From NCBI RefSeq assembly GCF_027498035.1, contig NZ_CP114978.1, forward strand, positions 4,015,957-4,079,956: DNA of 64,000 nt. The letters run 5' to 3'. The position numbers and the translations under genes were made by a program. This document shows, piece after piece, positions 12,493-23,310 of this stretch; the first letter of the stretch is position 1, and each line of letters begins with the position of its first letter. The DNA comes from Pseudoxanthomonas sp. GTDB taxonomy: Bacteria; Pseudomonadota; Gammaproteobacteria; Xanthomonadales; Xanthomonadaceae. The notes beneath the pieces were generated by a model. That model saw only the letters and a list, made by a program, of their open reading frames with translations, did no database searches and was not told the origin of the DNA.

Positions 12493-12765
12493 ATGAACAA
12501 AGCCGAATTGATCGAGGCCGTTGCTGGCCGTTCCGACCTGAGCAAGGCTGATTCCACCCGTGCCGTCGACGCCGTCGTCGCCAGCATCACCGAAGCCCTG
12601 AAGGGCGGCGACTCGGTGACCATCGTTGGCTTCGGCACCTTCCAGGTCCGTGGTCGCGCTGCCCGTACGGGCCGCAATCCGAAGACCGGCGAGAACATCG
12701 AAATCGCTGCTTCGAAAAATCCTGCATTCAAGGCTGGTAAGGCTCTGAAGGACGCGGTAAACTAA
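12493..12765 (+). CDS. hupB: DNA-binding protein HU
   Basis: [31 protein letters not shown]; conserved position after lon. Confidence 0.95.
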   Translation: MNKAELIEAVAGRSDLSKADSTRAVDAVVASITEALKGGDSVTIVGFGTFQVRGRAARTGRNPKTGENIEIAASKNPAFKAGKALKDAVN

Positions 12766-12781
12766 TCCGCTCAGCTCGCAA

Positions 12782-12856
12782 GGGTGCTTAGCTCAGCGGT
12801 AGAGCGTCTCCTTTACACGGAGAGGGTCGGGGGTTCGAAACCCTCAGCACCCACCA
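12782..12856 (+). tRNA. tRNA-Val(TAC)
   Basis: Cloverleaf, anticodon TT-TAC-AC, CCA. Confidence 0.96.
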
Positions 12857-12881
12857 AGCACCAGAGCAACGTTTCAAGTGC

Positions 12882-12958
12882 GGAGTGGTAGTTCAGTTGG
12901 TTAGAATGCTGGCCTGTCACGCCGGAGGTCGCGGGTTCGAGTCCCGTCCACTCCGCCA
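12882..12958 (+). tRNA. tRNA-Asp(GTC), copy 1
   Basis: Cloverleaf, anticodon CT-GTC-AC, CCA. Confidence 0.96.
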
Positions 12959-12966
12959 GTCACATC

Positions 12967-12996
12967 AAGCCCCCGAGCGATTGGGGGCTTTGTTTT
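12967..12996 (+). terminator. Terminator-like hairpin between the two tRNA-Asp genes
   Basis: aagccccc / gggggctt followed by tgtttt. Confidence 0.55.
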
Positions 12997-13037
12997 CCCA
13001 GGTGAGAACCTGGTTGCGGTAACAAGGTTCAAAGTGC

Positions 13038-13114
13038 GGAGTGGTAGTTCAGTTGGTTAGAATGCTGGCCTGTCACGCCGGAGGTCGCGGGTTCGAGTCC
13101 CGTCCACTCCGCCA
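13038..13114 (+). tRNA. tRNA-Asp(GTC), copy 2
   Basis: Identical to copy 1. Confidence 0.96.
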
Positions 13115-13120
13115 GTTTTA

Positions 13121-13160
13121 AAAGAACGCCCGTCGGTCACCCCGGCGGGCGTTTTCTTTT
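13121..13160 (+). terminator. Intrinsic terminator after the tRNA-Asp pair
   Basis: aacgcccgtcgg / ccggcgggcgtt followed by ttctttt. Confidence 0.8.
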
Positions 13161-13256
13161 GGCTGACCGTTGCGACCGCCAGCGTGGCACCGGCGTCGAA
13201 ACAGGCGTGGAACCACGCTAAACTGCGCGGCTTGCCGAACCAGACGTAACGAATCG

Positions 13257-15227
13257 ATGCTGCAGACACTTCGCGAAAAGACTTCCGGCTGGATCGCCAC
13301 CGTGGTGATGGGCCTGCTGATCATTCCATTCGCCTTCGTCGGCGTGAACGAGTACATGGGTAGCGGCCCGGATACGGCCGTGGCCACCGTCAAGGCGCCG
13401 CCTGCGTGGTGGTCGTCCGCACCCGCCTGGTGGCCGGTGTCGATGGCCTGGCAGCACGCCGATGTGAGCGTGCAGGATTTCCAGCAGGCCTTCCGCAACG
13501 AGCGCCAGCGTCAGCAGGCGCAGCAGGGCGAAGCCTTCGATGCGCGTGAGTTCGATTCGGTCGACAACAAGCGCAAGGTGCTCGACGGCCTGGTGGACCG
13601 CAAGGTGGTTGAACTGGCTGCCAAGCGCGCCGGTGTCGCGGTCAGCAATGGCGCGCTGCGCGATGCGATTGCGGCTGACCCGAATTTCCAGGTGGGTGGC
13701 AAGTTCGATGGCGCCACCTATGCGGCCCTGCTGGCCCAGCAGGGCCTGACGCCGACGACCTATCAGCAGCAGTTGCGCGACGACATGACGATCTCGCTGG
13801 TGCCGCAGGCGCTGGCGCAGTCGGGCTTCGTCACCGACAAGCAGATGGACCAGGTGTTCGCGATGCTGGGTGAGACGCGCGACGTGACGCTGGCTTCGCT
13901 GCCGGCGCCGGCTCCCGACACCGCGCCGGTCAGTGATGACCAGGCCAAGCAGTGGTACGACGCGCATCGCACGGCGTTCCGCAAGCCGGAACAGGTCAGC
14001 GTGGAATACGTGGAAGTCGATGCCGGCAAGCTGCCGCCGCCGGCTGCAGTGGACGAGGCCGAACTGCGCAAGCGCTATGAGGCCGACAAGAGTCGCTTCT
14101 CCAGCGAGCAGCGCATGGCCTCGCACATCCTGATCCCGGTTGCCGCGGGTGCCGATGCGGCCACGCAGAAAGCCGCGGAAGAAAAGGCCGCCAAGCTGGC
14201 AGAAGAAGCCAAGGCGCCGGGCGCGGATTTCGCAGCGCTGGCCAAGGCCAATTCACAGGACCCTGGCTCGGCTGAAAACGGTGGCGACCTGGGTTGGGTG
14301 AGCCGCGGCATGATGGTGGCGCCGTTCGAAGAAGCGCTGTTCTCCATTGCCAAGCCGGGCGATGTAGTCGGCCCGATCAAGACCGAGTTCGGCTATCACG
14401 TGATCAAGCTTACCCAGGTCAAGGGTGAGGCTGGCAAGCCATTCGAAGCGGTGCGCGACCAGCTTGCAAGCGAAGCGAACAAGGACGCCGCCGCGCGCAA
14501 TTACAACGATGTTGCCGGCAAGCTGGTCAGCGCCACCCTGGATAATCCGGATTCGCTGGCCGCCGGTGCGCAGGCTGCGGGCCTGGAAGTGCAGAAGGCG
14601 GGGCCGTTCTCGGCCAACGACGCGCCGGGCCTGCTGTCCAACGCAGCGGTGCTGCGCCAGGTGTTCGACGAACAACAGATCGCCGACCGGACCGCCAGCC
14701 AGCTGATCAAGATCGACGACACGCACAGCCTGGTGGTGCGCGTGACCGATCACAGCCCGGCTGCCGACCAGCCGCTGGACAAGGTCAAGGAACAGGTGAT
14801 CGCCGCGGTGCGCGCCGATCGTGCCGGCAAGGCGGCAGCGGCCCAGGCCGATGCGGTGCTGGCGCGGGTGAACAAGGGTGAATCGCTGAAGGCGATCGCC
14901 GATGCGGAGAAATTCCAGTCAGGCCAGATTCCGGCGCTGCCGCGTGGTGCACCGATTCCGTCGCAGAAGGGCAATGAAGCACTGTTCGCTGCGCCGGCAC
15001 CGGAGAGCGGCAAGGTCTCGGCTGGCAAGGTCAAGCTGGAGAATGGCAGCTTCGTGGTGTTCACCGTCGACAAGGTCAACCCGGGCGATGCCAGCAAGAT
15101 GCCGGCGGCTCAGCGCGACCAGTTGCGTGAACAGATCACCCAGCTCTATGCCGGTGCCGACGTGCAGGAGTTCGTTGTCGCCACCCGCAAGCAGTTCAAG
15201 ATCGACGTGCACGAAGACCGGCTGTAA
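13257..15227 (+). CDS. ppiD: Periplasmic peptidyl-prolyl isomerase/chaperone PpiD
   Basis: N-terminal TM anchor, SurA-like domain, parvulin motifs ([21 protein letters not shown]). Confidence 0.92.
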   Translation: MLQTLREKTSGWIATVVMGLLIIPFAFVGVNEYMGSGPDTAVATVKAPPAWWSSAPAWWPVSMAWQHADVSVQDFQQAFRNERQRQQAQQGEAFDAREFDSVDNKRKVLDGLVDRKVVELAAKRAGVAVSNGALRDAIAADPNFQVGGKFDGATYAALLAQQGLTPTTYQQQLRDDMTISLVPQALAQSGFVTDKQMDQVFAMLGETRDVTLASLPAPAPDTAPVSDDQAKQWYDAHRTAFRKPEQVSVEYVEVDAGKLPPPAAVDEAELRKRYEADKSRFSSEQRMASHILIPVAAGADAATQKAAEEKAAKLAEEAKAPGADFAALAKANSQDPGSAENGGDLGWVSRGMMVAPFEEALFSIAKPGDVVGPIKTEFGYHVIKLTQVKGEAGKPFEAVRDQLASEANKDAAARNYNDVAGKLVSATLDNPDSLAAGAQAAGLEVQKAGPFSANDAPGLLSNAAVLRQVFDEQQIADRTASQLIKIDDTHSLVVRVTDHSPAADQPLDKVKEQVIAAVRADRAGKAAAAQADAVLARVNKGESLKAIADAEKFQSGQIPALPRGAPIPSQKGNEALFAAPAPESGKVSAGKVKLENGSFVVFTVDKVNPGDASKMPAAQRDQLREQITQLYAGADVQEFVVATRKQFKIDVHEDRL

Positions 15228-15247
15228 GCCCCTCCCTGTACTGGAAC

Positions 15248-15278
15248 GAAAAACCGCGCCGCCCAGGCGCGGTTTTTT
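15248..15278. terminator. Bidirectional intrinsic terminator
   Basis: aaaaaccgcgcc / ggcgcggtttttt. Confidence 0.85.
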
Positions 15279-15366
15279 CTTGGGCGATGGGAAGCGAGAT
15301 CGCGTGCTGACAGGTCCGTCGTTGTCGACGCAGCGGCCAGGCAACCACGCCACGTGCCGGGTGGTT

Positions 15367-16584
15367 TCAGCGCGAAGGATCGGCCAGCAGCAGCACCATG
15401 CCGGGCTTGATGACCGAATGGGCTTTGAGCTTGTTCCACTGCAGCAGCTGCGGGGTGCGCAGACCGTGGCGCCGGGCGATGGACGAGAGCGTGTCGCCAC
15501 GCGCCACCGTGTACGAGGAGGCAACGCGGTTTTCGGACGCATGGCGCGTGGCGGGCGGTGCATCGGCGGTGCCGGTGCTGTCGCCCGCTTCGATCAGGTC
15601 CGATGCGGACAGGTGGGCTGACGCGCCGTCGGCTGCGGGTGCCAGCACCCACAGCGGCCCGCCGCTGGCAGGCGTGCCCTGCAGGTTCGACAGCACGGGA
15701 TTCAGGCCGGCCAGTTGGTCGGCGTCGTGGCCTTCGTGGCGGGCCCACGAAGACAGGCTGCCGAAGTTCGAAGGCAGCGCCACCGGTTGCAGGCGCGGGA
15801 CCGGTCGCTGCAGCGCGTTCAGCCATGCAGGCCGTTCGCCGGCCTGTTCCAGGCTGCAGGCCAGCGCATGCAGTTTTTCCACGTAGGTGACGGTGGTATT
15901 GGACAGCCCGGGCAATTTGGACTTGCGCGCGTTGCCGGCGGTGACGCCAGCGCTCCGCATGGCCTGCAGCACGCGGTTCTCGCCAGCGTTGTAGGCCATC
16001 ACTGCCAGCTGCCAGTCACCGCCGAACATGCCATGCAGGGTTTTCAGGTACCGCACGGCCGCCTGGGTGGAATCGACCGGCGACAGGCGCCCGTCGTAAC
16101 CGCGGCGCATGCGGACGCCGTGGTTGCGTGCGGTCAGCGAGACGAACTGCCACAGGCCTGCCGGGCCGCTGCGGCTGCTTGCGCCGGGGTGGTAGCCGCT
16201 CTCGACGAACGGGATCAAGGCGAATTCGGTCGGCAGGTCGGCATCGTGCATGACGCCGACCACGTAGCCGAACAGGGGCAGGATGTCGTCCTCACGATCG
16301 GCCAGGCGTTCGGGGGCATGGCTGAAGTGGCGCTGCCATTTGGCATCGGTCGATTGCGGCTGGCAGTCCGGCTCGGCCAGGCCCTCGCGGAACTGCTGGT
16401 AGATCTGGACGCCATCGAGCATGTCGGGCGGCAGCTGGCCGGCGATGGAGGGTTCGGCAGACAGTGCGGGCTGCGGATCGGTTGGGCTCGGCGCAGGGCT
16501 GTCAGCACGCGTAGTCTGTGCCCACGCGACCGGGTTGCCGCTGGCGATGGCCAGCAGGCACAGCGCCCGGCGCAGCGGCTTCAT
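15367..16584 (-). CDS. mltD: Lytic murein transglycosylase with LysM (MltD-like)
   Basis: IPFVESGY, AGLWQF, AYNAGE, C-terminal LysM YTVARGDTLSSIA. Confidence 0.88.
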   Translation of the reverse strand: MKPLRRALCLLAIASGNPVAWAQTTRADSPAPSPTDPQPALSAEPSIAGQLPPDMLDGVQIYQQFREGLAEPDCQPQSTDAKWQRHFSHAPERLADREDDILPLFGYVVGVMHDADLPTEFALIPFVESGYHPGASSRSGPAGLWQFVSLTARNHGVRMRRGYDGRLSPVDSTQAAVRYLKTLHGMFGGDWQLAVMAYNAGENRVLQAMRSAGVTAGNARKSKLPGLSNTTVTYVEKLHALACSLEQAGERPAWLNALQRPVPRLQPVALPSNFGSLSSWARHEGHDADQLAGLNPVLSNLQGTPASGGPLWVLAPAADGASAHLSASDLIEAGDSTGTADAPPATRHASENRVASSYTVARGDTLSSIARRHGLRTPQLLQWNKLKAHSVIKPGMVLLLADPSR

Positions 16585-17357
16585 GCGCGGAAGCCGTCTT
16601 TCCACCGGCGCAGGCCGGCAAAGGTTTCCACCCGATCGGCTGCGGTCGCCTGCAGCCAGGTATCGACCGACTGGGCGACCTCGGGGACGCCCACGCGCAG
16701 GAAGGGGTTGGTCGCCCGTTCGGTCGCCAGGCTGACCGGCAAGGTCGATTGGCCTGCAGCGCGCAAGGCGCGCACTTGTGCGGCCCGCGCCTGCAGGGCG
16801 ATGTTGCCGGGCTCCACGGCCAAGGCGAAAGCCGCGTTGGACTGGGTGTATTCGTGGCCGCAGCAGAGCGGCGTGTCGTCGGGCAGGGCCGCGAGGGTGT
16901 CCAGCGAGGCCAGCATCTGCGCTGGCGTGCCTTCGAACAGTCGCCCGCAGCCCAGGCTGAACAAGGTATCGCCCGAGAACAGCTCACCGCCCGCCGCCTG
17001 GCGGTGGAACGCCACATGGCTGCGGGTGTGCCCGGGCACGAAGATCGCCTTGAACGGCATGCCGGCCGCGTCGAAGCGCTCGCCATCGACCACCTTGTGG
17101 GTGGCGGTGGTGATGCGTTCATCGTTGGCGGCGATCACCGGCAGGTCGGGCCACTGCTGCAGCAGGCCAACCACGCCGCCGATATGGTCATCGTGATGGT
17201 GGGTCAGCAGCACCGCGGCCGGCTTGAGTCCTTGCTGTGCGGCGGCCAGCACCGGGGCGGCATCGCCTGGATCCACGATCACCGTGCCTCCTTCGTCGCT
17301 GGTCAGCGCCCAGATGTAGTTGTCGTCGAAGGCGGTCAGCGCGGTGAGGATTGGCAT
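16581..17357 (-). CDS. gloB: Hydroxyacylglutathione hydrolase (glyoxalase II)
   Basis: AFDDNYIW, THHHDDH, PGHT, GDTLF, CGHEYT. Confidence 0.95.
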   Translation of the reverse strand: MPILTALTAFDDNYIWALTSDEGGTVIVDPGDAAPVLAAAQQGLKPAAVLLTHHHDDHIGGVVGLLQQWPDLPVIAANDERITTATHKVVDGERFDAAGMPFKAIFVPGHTRSHVAFHRQAAGGELFSGDTLFSLGCGRLFEGTPAQMLASLDTLAALPDDTPLCCGHEYTQSNAAFALAVEPGNIALQARAAQVRALRAAGQSTLPVSLATERATNPFLRVGVPEVAQSVDTWLQATAADRVETFAGLRRWKDGFRA

Positions 17358-17403
17358 AAGGCTCGGTCGGCAGACGCGGGGGCGTCCTCTACAATCCCCG
17401 ACC

Positions 17404-18039
17404 ATGCCTGCCGCTGCCTCCCACCGTCAACCCGAGCCACTGGCGTGGTTCGGTACGCCCGACGGTCAGCGCCTGCTGGCTGCTGAACAGCAGACCATCT
17501 CGCGGATCCTCGCCGCCAAGGCCGCTGCGCCGACGCTGTGGTTGCATCCAGGCAGTACGGCGGGCGTGTCGGTCGTGCCCGCGGGGTTGTCGCTGCGGGC
17601 CAGTAGCGGCGGTTTCGACGGGCCGCTGCGCTGTGGCGTATCCCTGCCTTTGGCTTCGGACAGCTTCAGTGCGGTGGTGCTGCAGCATGTGCCGGAGAGC
17701 GGTACGCGGGCGTTGCTGGAAGAGTGCGCCCGGGTGCTCGAGCCCGGCGGCCGGCTGTGGCTGTTCACCCTCAATCCGGTCAGCCCCTACCGGCTGCGCT
17801 GGCGTCGCACCGGCCTGTCGATCCGTGGCCCCGGGCGTTGGCGTCGCTACCTGCAGGCCGCCGGCCTGGACGGCAGCACGCATGCGCCACAGTGGCTGGG
17901 ACCGGCCTGGCGCAACGGCAGCCGTTCGCCGGAGCTGATGCGCGCGGTCTGCCTGCTGCAGGCAGACAAGCGTGGCCCGGACCTGATCCTGACCCCTTCG
18001 CGCCCGAACCGCTGGCAAGGCGGCGCGGTTCCGGCGTGA
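17404..18039 (+). CDS. Class I SAM-dependent methyltransferase-like (YafS-like)
   Basis: [17 protein letters not shown]; conserved gloB-yafS-rnhA synteny. Confidence 0.75.
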   Translation: MPAAASHRQPEPLAWFGTPDGQRLLAAEQQTISRILAAKAAAPTLWLHPGSTAGVSVVPAGLSLRASSGGFDGPLRCGVSLPLASDSFSAVVLQHVPESGTRALLEECARVLEPGGRLWLFTLNPVSPYRLRWRRTGLSIRGPGRWRRYLQAAGLDGSTHAPQWLGPAWRNGSRSPELMRAVCLLQADKRGPDLILTPSRPNRWQGGAVPA

Positions 18040-18070
18040 CCCATTTGTGCAACACGAGCTTTTGGACTTC

Positions 18071-18529
18071 ATGAAACAGATCACCATCAACGCCGACGGC
18101 TCCTGCCTGGGCAATCCCGGCCCGGGTGGCTGGGCGGCGCTGCTGCGCTTTGGCACCATCGAGCGCGAGCTCTCCGGTGGCGAAGCCCACACCACCAACA
18201 ACCGCATGGAGCTGATGGCCGCCATCATGGCGCTGGAGGCCCTCACCGAGCCCTGCCAGGTCACTCTGGTCACCGATTCGCAGTACGTGCGCCAGGGCAT
18301 CACCGAATGGCTGCCCGGCTGGATCCGCAAGCACTGGAAGACCGCCGGCGGCGGCGCGGTGAAGAATCGCGAGCTGTGGGAACGCCTGCAGACGGCGACC
18401 CTGCGGCACACGATCGAATGGCGCTGGGTGAAAGGCCATTCCGGCGATCCGGACAATGAGCGCGTGGACGTGCTGGCGCGCGACCAGGCCATCGCCATCC
18501 GCGATGGTGGACCCGGAGCTTCGGCATGA
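18071..18529 (+). CDS. rnhA: Ribonuclease HI
   Basis: [37 protein letters not shown]. Confidence 0.96.
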   Translation: MKQITINADGSCLGNPGPGGWAALLRFGTIERELSGGEAHTTNNRMELMAAIMALEALTEPCQVTLVTDSQYVRQGITEWLPGWIRKHWKTAGGGAVKNRELWERLQTATLRHTIEWRWVKGHSGDPDNERVDVLARDQAIAIRDGGPGASA

Positions 18530-19071
18530 GCGCGACTGGCGACACCCTGGTCCTGCGCACGCAGCGGCTGGAGCTGCACTTCTTCACCGACAGTGACCGC
18601 GATGCAGCGCTGATGCTGGCGGTACTCAACGACCCGGACTTCATCCATCACGTGCGCGACAGCGGCGTGCGTGAACTGGAGCAGGCCCGTGCGGCCGCGC
18701 GGACCGGACCGATGGCCTTCCGCCAGGCCAACGGCCTGGGCCTGTGCCGGGTGACCGAAACCGCGACCGGCCGCGACCTGGGTCAGCTTGGCATCGTCAC
18801 CCGCGAGGGGCTGCCTGCCCCGGACCTGGGCTACGGGTTTCTGCCCGCCGCGCGCGGGCAGGGCTACGCGGTGGAGGCCGGTCGCGCCGTCGTTGACTAC
18901 GCGCGCGATACCCTGAAGCTGCCGCGGCTGCTGGCCATCGTGTCGCCGACCAACGCCCCGTCGCTGGCGGTACTGGGCAAGCTCGGCTTCCGCTTTGAGA
19001 CAATGACGCGGCTGCCGGGGGGCGAGAAGGACCTGCAGCTGTTGACCCTCGCTTTGAACAAGGACACCTGA
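18526..19071 (+). CDS. GNAT N-acetyltransferase (RimJ/RimL-like)
   Basis: [33 protein letters not shown]. Confidence 0.85.
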   Translation: MSATGDTLVLRTQRLELHFFTDSDRDAALMLAVLNDPDFIHHVRDSGVRELEQARAAARTGPMAFRQANGLGLCRVTETATGRDLGQLGIVTREGLPAPDLGYGFLPAARGQGYAVEAGRAVVDYARDTLKLPRLLAIVSPTNAPSLAVLGKLGFRFETMTRLPGGEKDLQLLTLALNKDT

Positions 19072-19075
19072 GGCC

Positions 19076-19822
19076 ATGCGCCAGATCATCCTGGACACCG
19101 AAACCACGGGCCTTGAGTGGAAGAAAGGCAACCGCGTGGTCGAAATCGGCTGCGTTGAACTGCTGGAGCGTCGCCCCAGCGGCCGCAACTTCCACAAATA
19201 CCTCAAGCCGGACTGCGAGTTCGAACCCGGCGCGCAGGAAGTCACCGGCCTGACCCTGGAGTTCCTGGCCGACAAGCCCCGGTTCGAGGAGGTGGTCGAG
19301 GAGTTCCTGGCCTACATCGACGGCGCCGAAGTCATCATCCACAACGCGGCCTTCGACGTCGGCTTCCTGGACAACGAACTGCGGTTGGCCGGCAGCCAGT
19401 ACGGCAAGGTCACCGACCACTGCAGCGTGACCGATACCCTGGCGATGGCGCGTGCGCGCTTCCCGGGGCAGCGCAATTCGCTGGACGCGCTGTGCAAGCG
19501 GCTGGGCGTGGACAACACCCACCGGCACCTGCACGGCGGCTTGCTCGATGCGCAGATCCTGGGGGATGTCTACATCGCGCTGACATCGGGCCAGGAAGAG
19601 ATCGGCTTCGGCACGATGGAGGAAGAGGGGGGCGATGCGGCGCAGGTCCGCCATGCCTTCGACGCGAGCAATGTCGGCTTGCGCGCCCGGGTCACGCCGA
19701 CCGCGGGCGAACTGGAAGCCCATGCCAAACGGCTGGAGAAGCTGCGTGCCAAGGGGGGCGGCAGCTGTCTGTGGGATGTGCTGGAAGCCCTGCCGGCACC
19801 GGTGGCCGAAGCCACCGTCTGA
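19076..19822 (+). CDS. dnaQ: DNA polymerase III epsilon subunit
   Basis: LDTETTG, HNAAFD, LDALC, HGGLLDA. Confidence 0.96.
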   Translation: MRQIILDTETTGLEWKKGNRVVEIGCVELLERRPSGRNFHKYLKPDCEFEPGAQEVTGLTLEFLADKPRFEEVVEEFLAYIDGAEVIIHNAAFDVGFLDNELRLAGSQYGKVTDHCSVTDTLAMARARFPGQRNSLDALCKRLGVDNTHRHLHGGLLDAQILGDVYIALTSGQEEIGFGTMEEEGGDAAQVRHAFDASNVGLRARVTPTAGELEAHAKRLEKLRAKGGGSCLWDVLEALPAPVAEATV

Positions 19823-19839
19823 GGGTCGGGCGCTGCGGC

Positions 19840-20544
19840 TCAGCTGCAGCGCACCAGGATCGCGGTGACGTTGTCCGAGCCGCCGCTATCCAATGCGGCG
19901 GCGATCAGCGTATCGACCAGTTCCTGCGCGCTGCAGTCTTCCTGGCGCAGGGCCTCGGCGATGCGGCGGTCGTCCACTTCCTCGGTCAGGCCGTCACTGC
20001 ACAGCAGCAGCTGCATGCCCGGACGCAGGTCGCCGGTCAGGGTCTCGACATTGAGTTGGTTCGGATCGGTCACGCCCAGTGCCTGGGTAACCACGTTGCG
20101 GTGCGGATGCGAGCGCGCCTGCTCGCTGGTCAGCGCACCCTGAGCGATCAGTTCCTGCACGTAGCTGTGGTCCTGGCTGAGCTGGGCCAGCTGTCCGTCG
20201 CGCCATAGGTAGGCGCGGCTGTCGCCGACCCAGGCTACTTCGAAGCGGTTGCCCTGCACGCGGGCGGCCACCACGGTGGTCCCCATCGGCAGGGAATCGT
20301 TGCGCCGGCGCGAGGTGCGGATGATTTCCTCATCAGCCAGGCGGATGGCCTGGCCAAGCGGCTTGCCGTCACGGATCTCACGGACGATGGTTTCGCGGGC
20401 CAATGCGCTGGCGACTTCGCCGCAGGCGTGACCGCCCATGCCGTCAGCCACCAGCCATAAACCCAGGTCGCTGTCGCCGTAGTACGTGTCTTCGTTGAGG
20501 GCGCGCCGCAGGCCGACGTGGCTGAGGTGTCCAAACTCGATCAT
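19840..20544 (-). CDS. PP2C-family Ser/Thr protein phosphatase
   Basis: NED, VADGMGGH, MGTT, VGDSR, LLCSDGL, DNVT. Confidence 0.92.
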   Translation of the reverse strand: MIEFGHLSHVGLRRALNEDTYYGDSDLGLWLVADGMGGHACGEVASALARETIVREIRDGKPLGQAIRLADEEIIRTSRRRNDSLPMGTTVVAARVQGNRFEVAWVGDSRAYLWRDGQLAQLSQDHSYVQELIAQGALTSEQARSHPHRNVVTQALGVTDPNQLNVETLTGDLRPGMQLLLCSDGLTEEVDDRRIAEALRQEDCSAQELVDTLIAAALDSGGSDNVTAILVRCS

Positions 20545-20797
20545 GGGCGACCCTGCATGGCCTGTTTCTGGTGATGAGAACGGCATGATCGCGGGGATGA
20601 GGACAGGCCACAAGCAGTGATGCGGCATCGGCCGGTGGCGCGGGCGGTGGATGTGACGGCGTGGACGCTTGCCAGCCTGGTGACCGCGACCTGCCGGGGC
20701 CGCCGACAGGGGTGCTTGTCCGCGGCTGGCTGGCCCCGTATCATGCGCAACCCCGGAACGACCATCGGGGATCGCCATCACTGGCGGTGCGACACCC

Positions 20798-20887
<90 letters not shown>

Positions 20888-20892
20888 ATACC

Positions 20893-20925
20893 ACGAACGG
20901 CTCCGCAAGGGGCCGTTCGTTTTTT
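20893..20925 (+). terminator. Intrinsic terminator after tRNA-Ser
   Basis: acgaacggctcc-gcaa-ggggccgttcgt followed by T-run. Confidence 0.85.
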
Positions 20926-21007
20926 CGTGCTTCCGAAGCAAGTGCCGCGGACGCGCCTGCGGGCGTCGCCCGGTAAACTGGCGGTCTTTCCCCTGGCGGT
21001 GCGCACC

Positions 21008-21418
21008 ATGTCCGAGATCCTCACCCCCGTGTCCTTCGGCGAGCTGCTGGACAAGATTTCCATCCTGCAAATCAAGTCCGAGCGCATGAGCGACGCGGCC
21101 AAGCTGGCCAACGTGCGCAAGGAATTGTCCGCCCTGGAGCAGACCTGGATGGCGCATCCGGCCGCGGCGCAGGACGTGGCCAAGCTGCGTGCCGATCTGA
21201 AGGCCGTCAACGAGCGCCTGTGGGTGATCGAGGACGACATCCGGGTCAAGGAAAAGGCCCAGGCCTTCGACGACGAATTCGTCCGCCTGGCCCGCAGCGT
21301 GTACTTCGAGAACGACACCCGCGCGCGGATCAAGAAGGACATCAACCTGGCGCTGGGCTCGTCCTACGTCGAAGAGAAGTCCTATGAGGACTACGCCTCC
21401 GGCGCTGCTGCGCCGTAA
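21008..21418 (+). CDS. Conserved hypothetical coiled-coil protein (DUF6165-like)
   Basis: PVSFGELLDKISILQIK...LWVIEDDIR...ARSVYFENDTRARIKKDIN...EEKSY. Confidence 0.75.
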   Translation: MSEILTPVSFGELLDKISILQIKSERMSDAAKLANVRKELSALEQTWMAHPAAAQDVAKLRADLKAVNERLWVIEDDIRVKEKAQAFDDEFVRLARSVYFENDTRARIKKDINLALGSSYVEEKSYEDYASGAAAP

Positions 21419-21439
21419 GCACGAATCACACCCCGCAAT

Positions 21440-21469
21440 CGACAAGGGCCGCGATCGCGGCCCTTGTCG
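21440..21469. repeat. Perfect 30-bp palindrome between convergent genes (probable terminator hairpin)
   Basis: cgacaagggccgcga|tcgcggcccttgtcg. Confidence 0.85.
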
Positions 21470-21493
21470 TGTCTGGCAGGCCGCGCGCGGCCG

Positions 21494-22540
21494 TCAGCGC
21501 GGATGGTCGCTGCGATAGCGCTCGAATGCTGCGATCGCATCGTCGGTGGTGACCAGCTGCATCACATCGTCGAACTCGATCTTGGTGCCCCATTTGAGCG
21601 CGTCGGCCGGTTTGGACAGGAACTTTCGCGCCGCCGCGTCGTAGCGGTCCACGCAGTAGCGCACGTCCGAATACGGGCCACTGCGCAGCGGGTTGCTGGC
21701 CGCATGCAGCCCCAGCACCTTGGCGCCCATGGCGTTGGCGATGTGCATCGGGCCCGAATCCGGGGTGACCACCAGACTGGCGCGGGCGAGCAGGGCCGGC
21801 AGCTGTTTCAGCGTGTCCTTGCCGACCAGGTCCAGCACCGGTGCCTGCATCTTTGCGGCGATGGCATCGGCGGTGTCGCGCTCCAGCGTGCTGCGGCCGC
21901 CACACAGCACGATGCGCCAGCCCTGCGCGGCGGCGTGGTCGGCCAGCGCCGCGTAGCGGTCCGGATACCAGTTGCGACGCACGTGGCTGGAGCACGGCGA
22001 AATCATCAGTACCGGCTGGCCATCGTCAGGCCATTGCGCGGCAGCCCATTCGAAGGCGGCCTGCGGCACCGGCAGATCCCAGTGGACTGTGTTCTGCTTC
22101 AGGCCCAGCGGTTCGCAGAAGCTGCCGATGGCGTCGAGTACGTGGATGCCGGGGCGGTCGGCGATGCGTTCGTTGATGAAGAGCCCATGCAGATCTTTCG
22201 AACGGCTGCGGTCATAGCCGATCCGGCGCCTGGCCGGCACGAACGCCGACAACACGTTGGCGCGAAAGGCCACCTGCATCTGCAGCAGCGCATCGAAACC
22301 GTCCGCGGGCAGCTTGGCGCGCAGTGCGCGCATGCCGGCCACGCCAGTCTTCTTGTCGTAGGTGTGGAACTGCACGCCGGGCAGGCCTTCCAGCAGCTTG
22401 TAGCCGCCGCCGTCGATGATCCAGTGCAATTCCTGCCGTGGCCATGCGCGCTGCAGGGTGCGCACCAGGGGCACGACATGGGTGACATCACCCAGCGCGG
22501 ACAGGCGCAACAGACACAGGGACTCAGGAGCGTTGGACAA
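21494..22540 (-). CDS. Glycosyltransferase family 9 (LPS core heptosyltransferase-like, OpsX-like)
   Basis: LLRLSALGDV, DLVGK, VTPDSGPMHIA; probable TTG start. Confidence 0.88.
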   Translation of the reverse strand: MSNAPESLCLLRLSALGDVTHVVPLVRTLQRAWPRQELHWIIDGGGYKLLEGLPGVQFHTYDKKTGVAGMRALRAKLPADGFDALLQMQVAFRANVLSAFVPARRRIGYDRSRSKDLHGLFINERIADRPGIHVLDAIGSFCEPLGLKQNTVHWDLPVPQAAFEWAAAQWPDDGQPVLMISPCSSHVRRNWYPDRYAALADHAAAQGWRIVLCGGRSTLERDTADAIAAKMQAPVLDLVGKDTLKQLPALLARASLVVTPDSGPMHIANAMGAKVLGLHAASNPLRSGPYSDVRYCVDRYDAAARKFLSKPADALKWGTKIEFDDVMQLVTTDDAIAAFERYRSDHPR

Positions 22541-22558
22541 AGTTGATAGACTCGCGTG

Positions 22559-23308
22559 ATGGCCGCTTTTGACGCGACGGAAGTACTGGTGCCGTACCGC
22601 GAAGGCCGCGGCTACGGCGCGATTCTGTTCGACCACGAACGCCTTCGGCAAGCCGAAGCGCGATGGATGGACCCAGCTTACTGGGCCGAGCGCGCGCGTC
22701 CCGTCGACAGTGGTGGCCGGGGTGGTGCGTGGTTCATCGATGCGCCGTTCGGGCCCAGCCTGCTGCGCCTGTACAAGCGCGGCGGCATGGCAGCCAATGT
22801 CAGCACCGACCGTTACCTGTGGCGCGGCGCCAACCGGACCCGCAGCTTCGCCGAATTCCGCCTGACCCGCGCGCTGCTGGCCAAGGGCCTGCCGGTGCCG
22901 CGCCCGTTCGTGGCCAGCTACGTGCACGAAGGCATGGGCTACCGCGCGGCGATCCTGATGGAGCGCCTGCCGGATGTGCGTTCGCTGGCGGATCGGTTCC
23001 AGGTCGCTGGCGGCGGTGCGCCGCTGGAAGAAACCGGCCGGCTGATCGCGCGCTTCCATCGAGCCGGCCTGGACCATGCCGACCTCAACGCACACAACAT
23101 CCTGTTCGATGCGCAGGGCCATGGCTGGCTGATCGATTTCGACCGCGGCGTGCTGCGCATCCCGGCCACGCGTTGGCGCGAGGCCAACCTGGCCCGGCTC
23201 AAGCGTTCGCTGCTGAAGCTGCGCGGCGAGCGTGCCGTGGCATTGGTGGAAGAAGACTTCGTGCGCCTGCGCAAGGCTTACGACCGCGTCTGGGAGCGGG
23301 GCTTCTAG
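22559..23308 (+). CDS. kdkA: 3-deoxy-D-manno-octulosonic acid kinase
   Basis: [37 protein letters not shown]. Confidence 0.92.
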   Translation: MAAFDATEVLVPYREGRGYGAILFDHERLRQAEARWMDPAYWAERARPVDSGGRGGAWFIDAPFGPSLLRLYKRGGMAANVSTDRYLWRGANRTRSFAEFRLTRALLAKGLPVPRPFVASYVHEGMGYRAAILMERLPDVRSLADRFQVAGGGAPLEETGRLIARFHRAGLDHADLNAHNILFDAQGHGWLIDFDRGVLRIPATRWREANLARLKRSLLKLRGERAVALVEEDFVRLRKAYDRVWERGF

Positions 23309-23310
23309 GC

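Noticed and set aside
12882-13114. Tandem identical tRNA-Asp genes
   Set aside because: Ordinary gene-dosage duplication at the hupB-tRNA-ppiD locus
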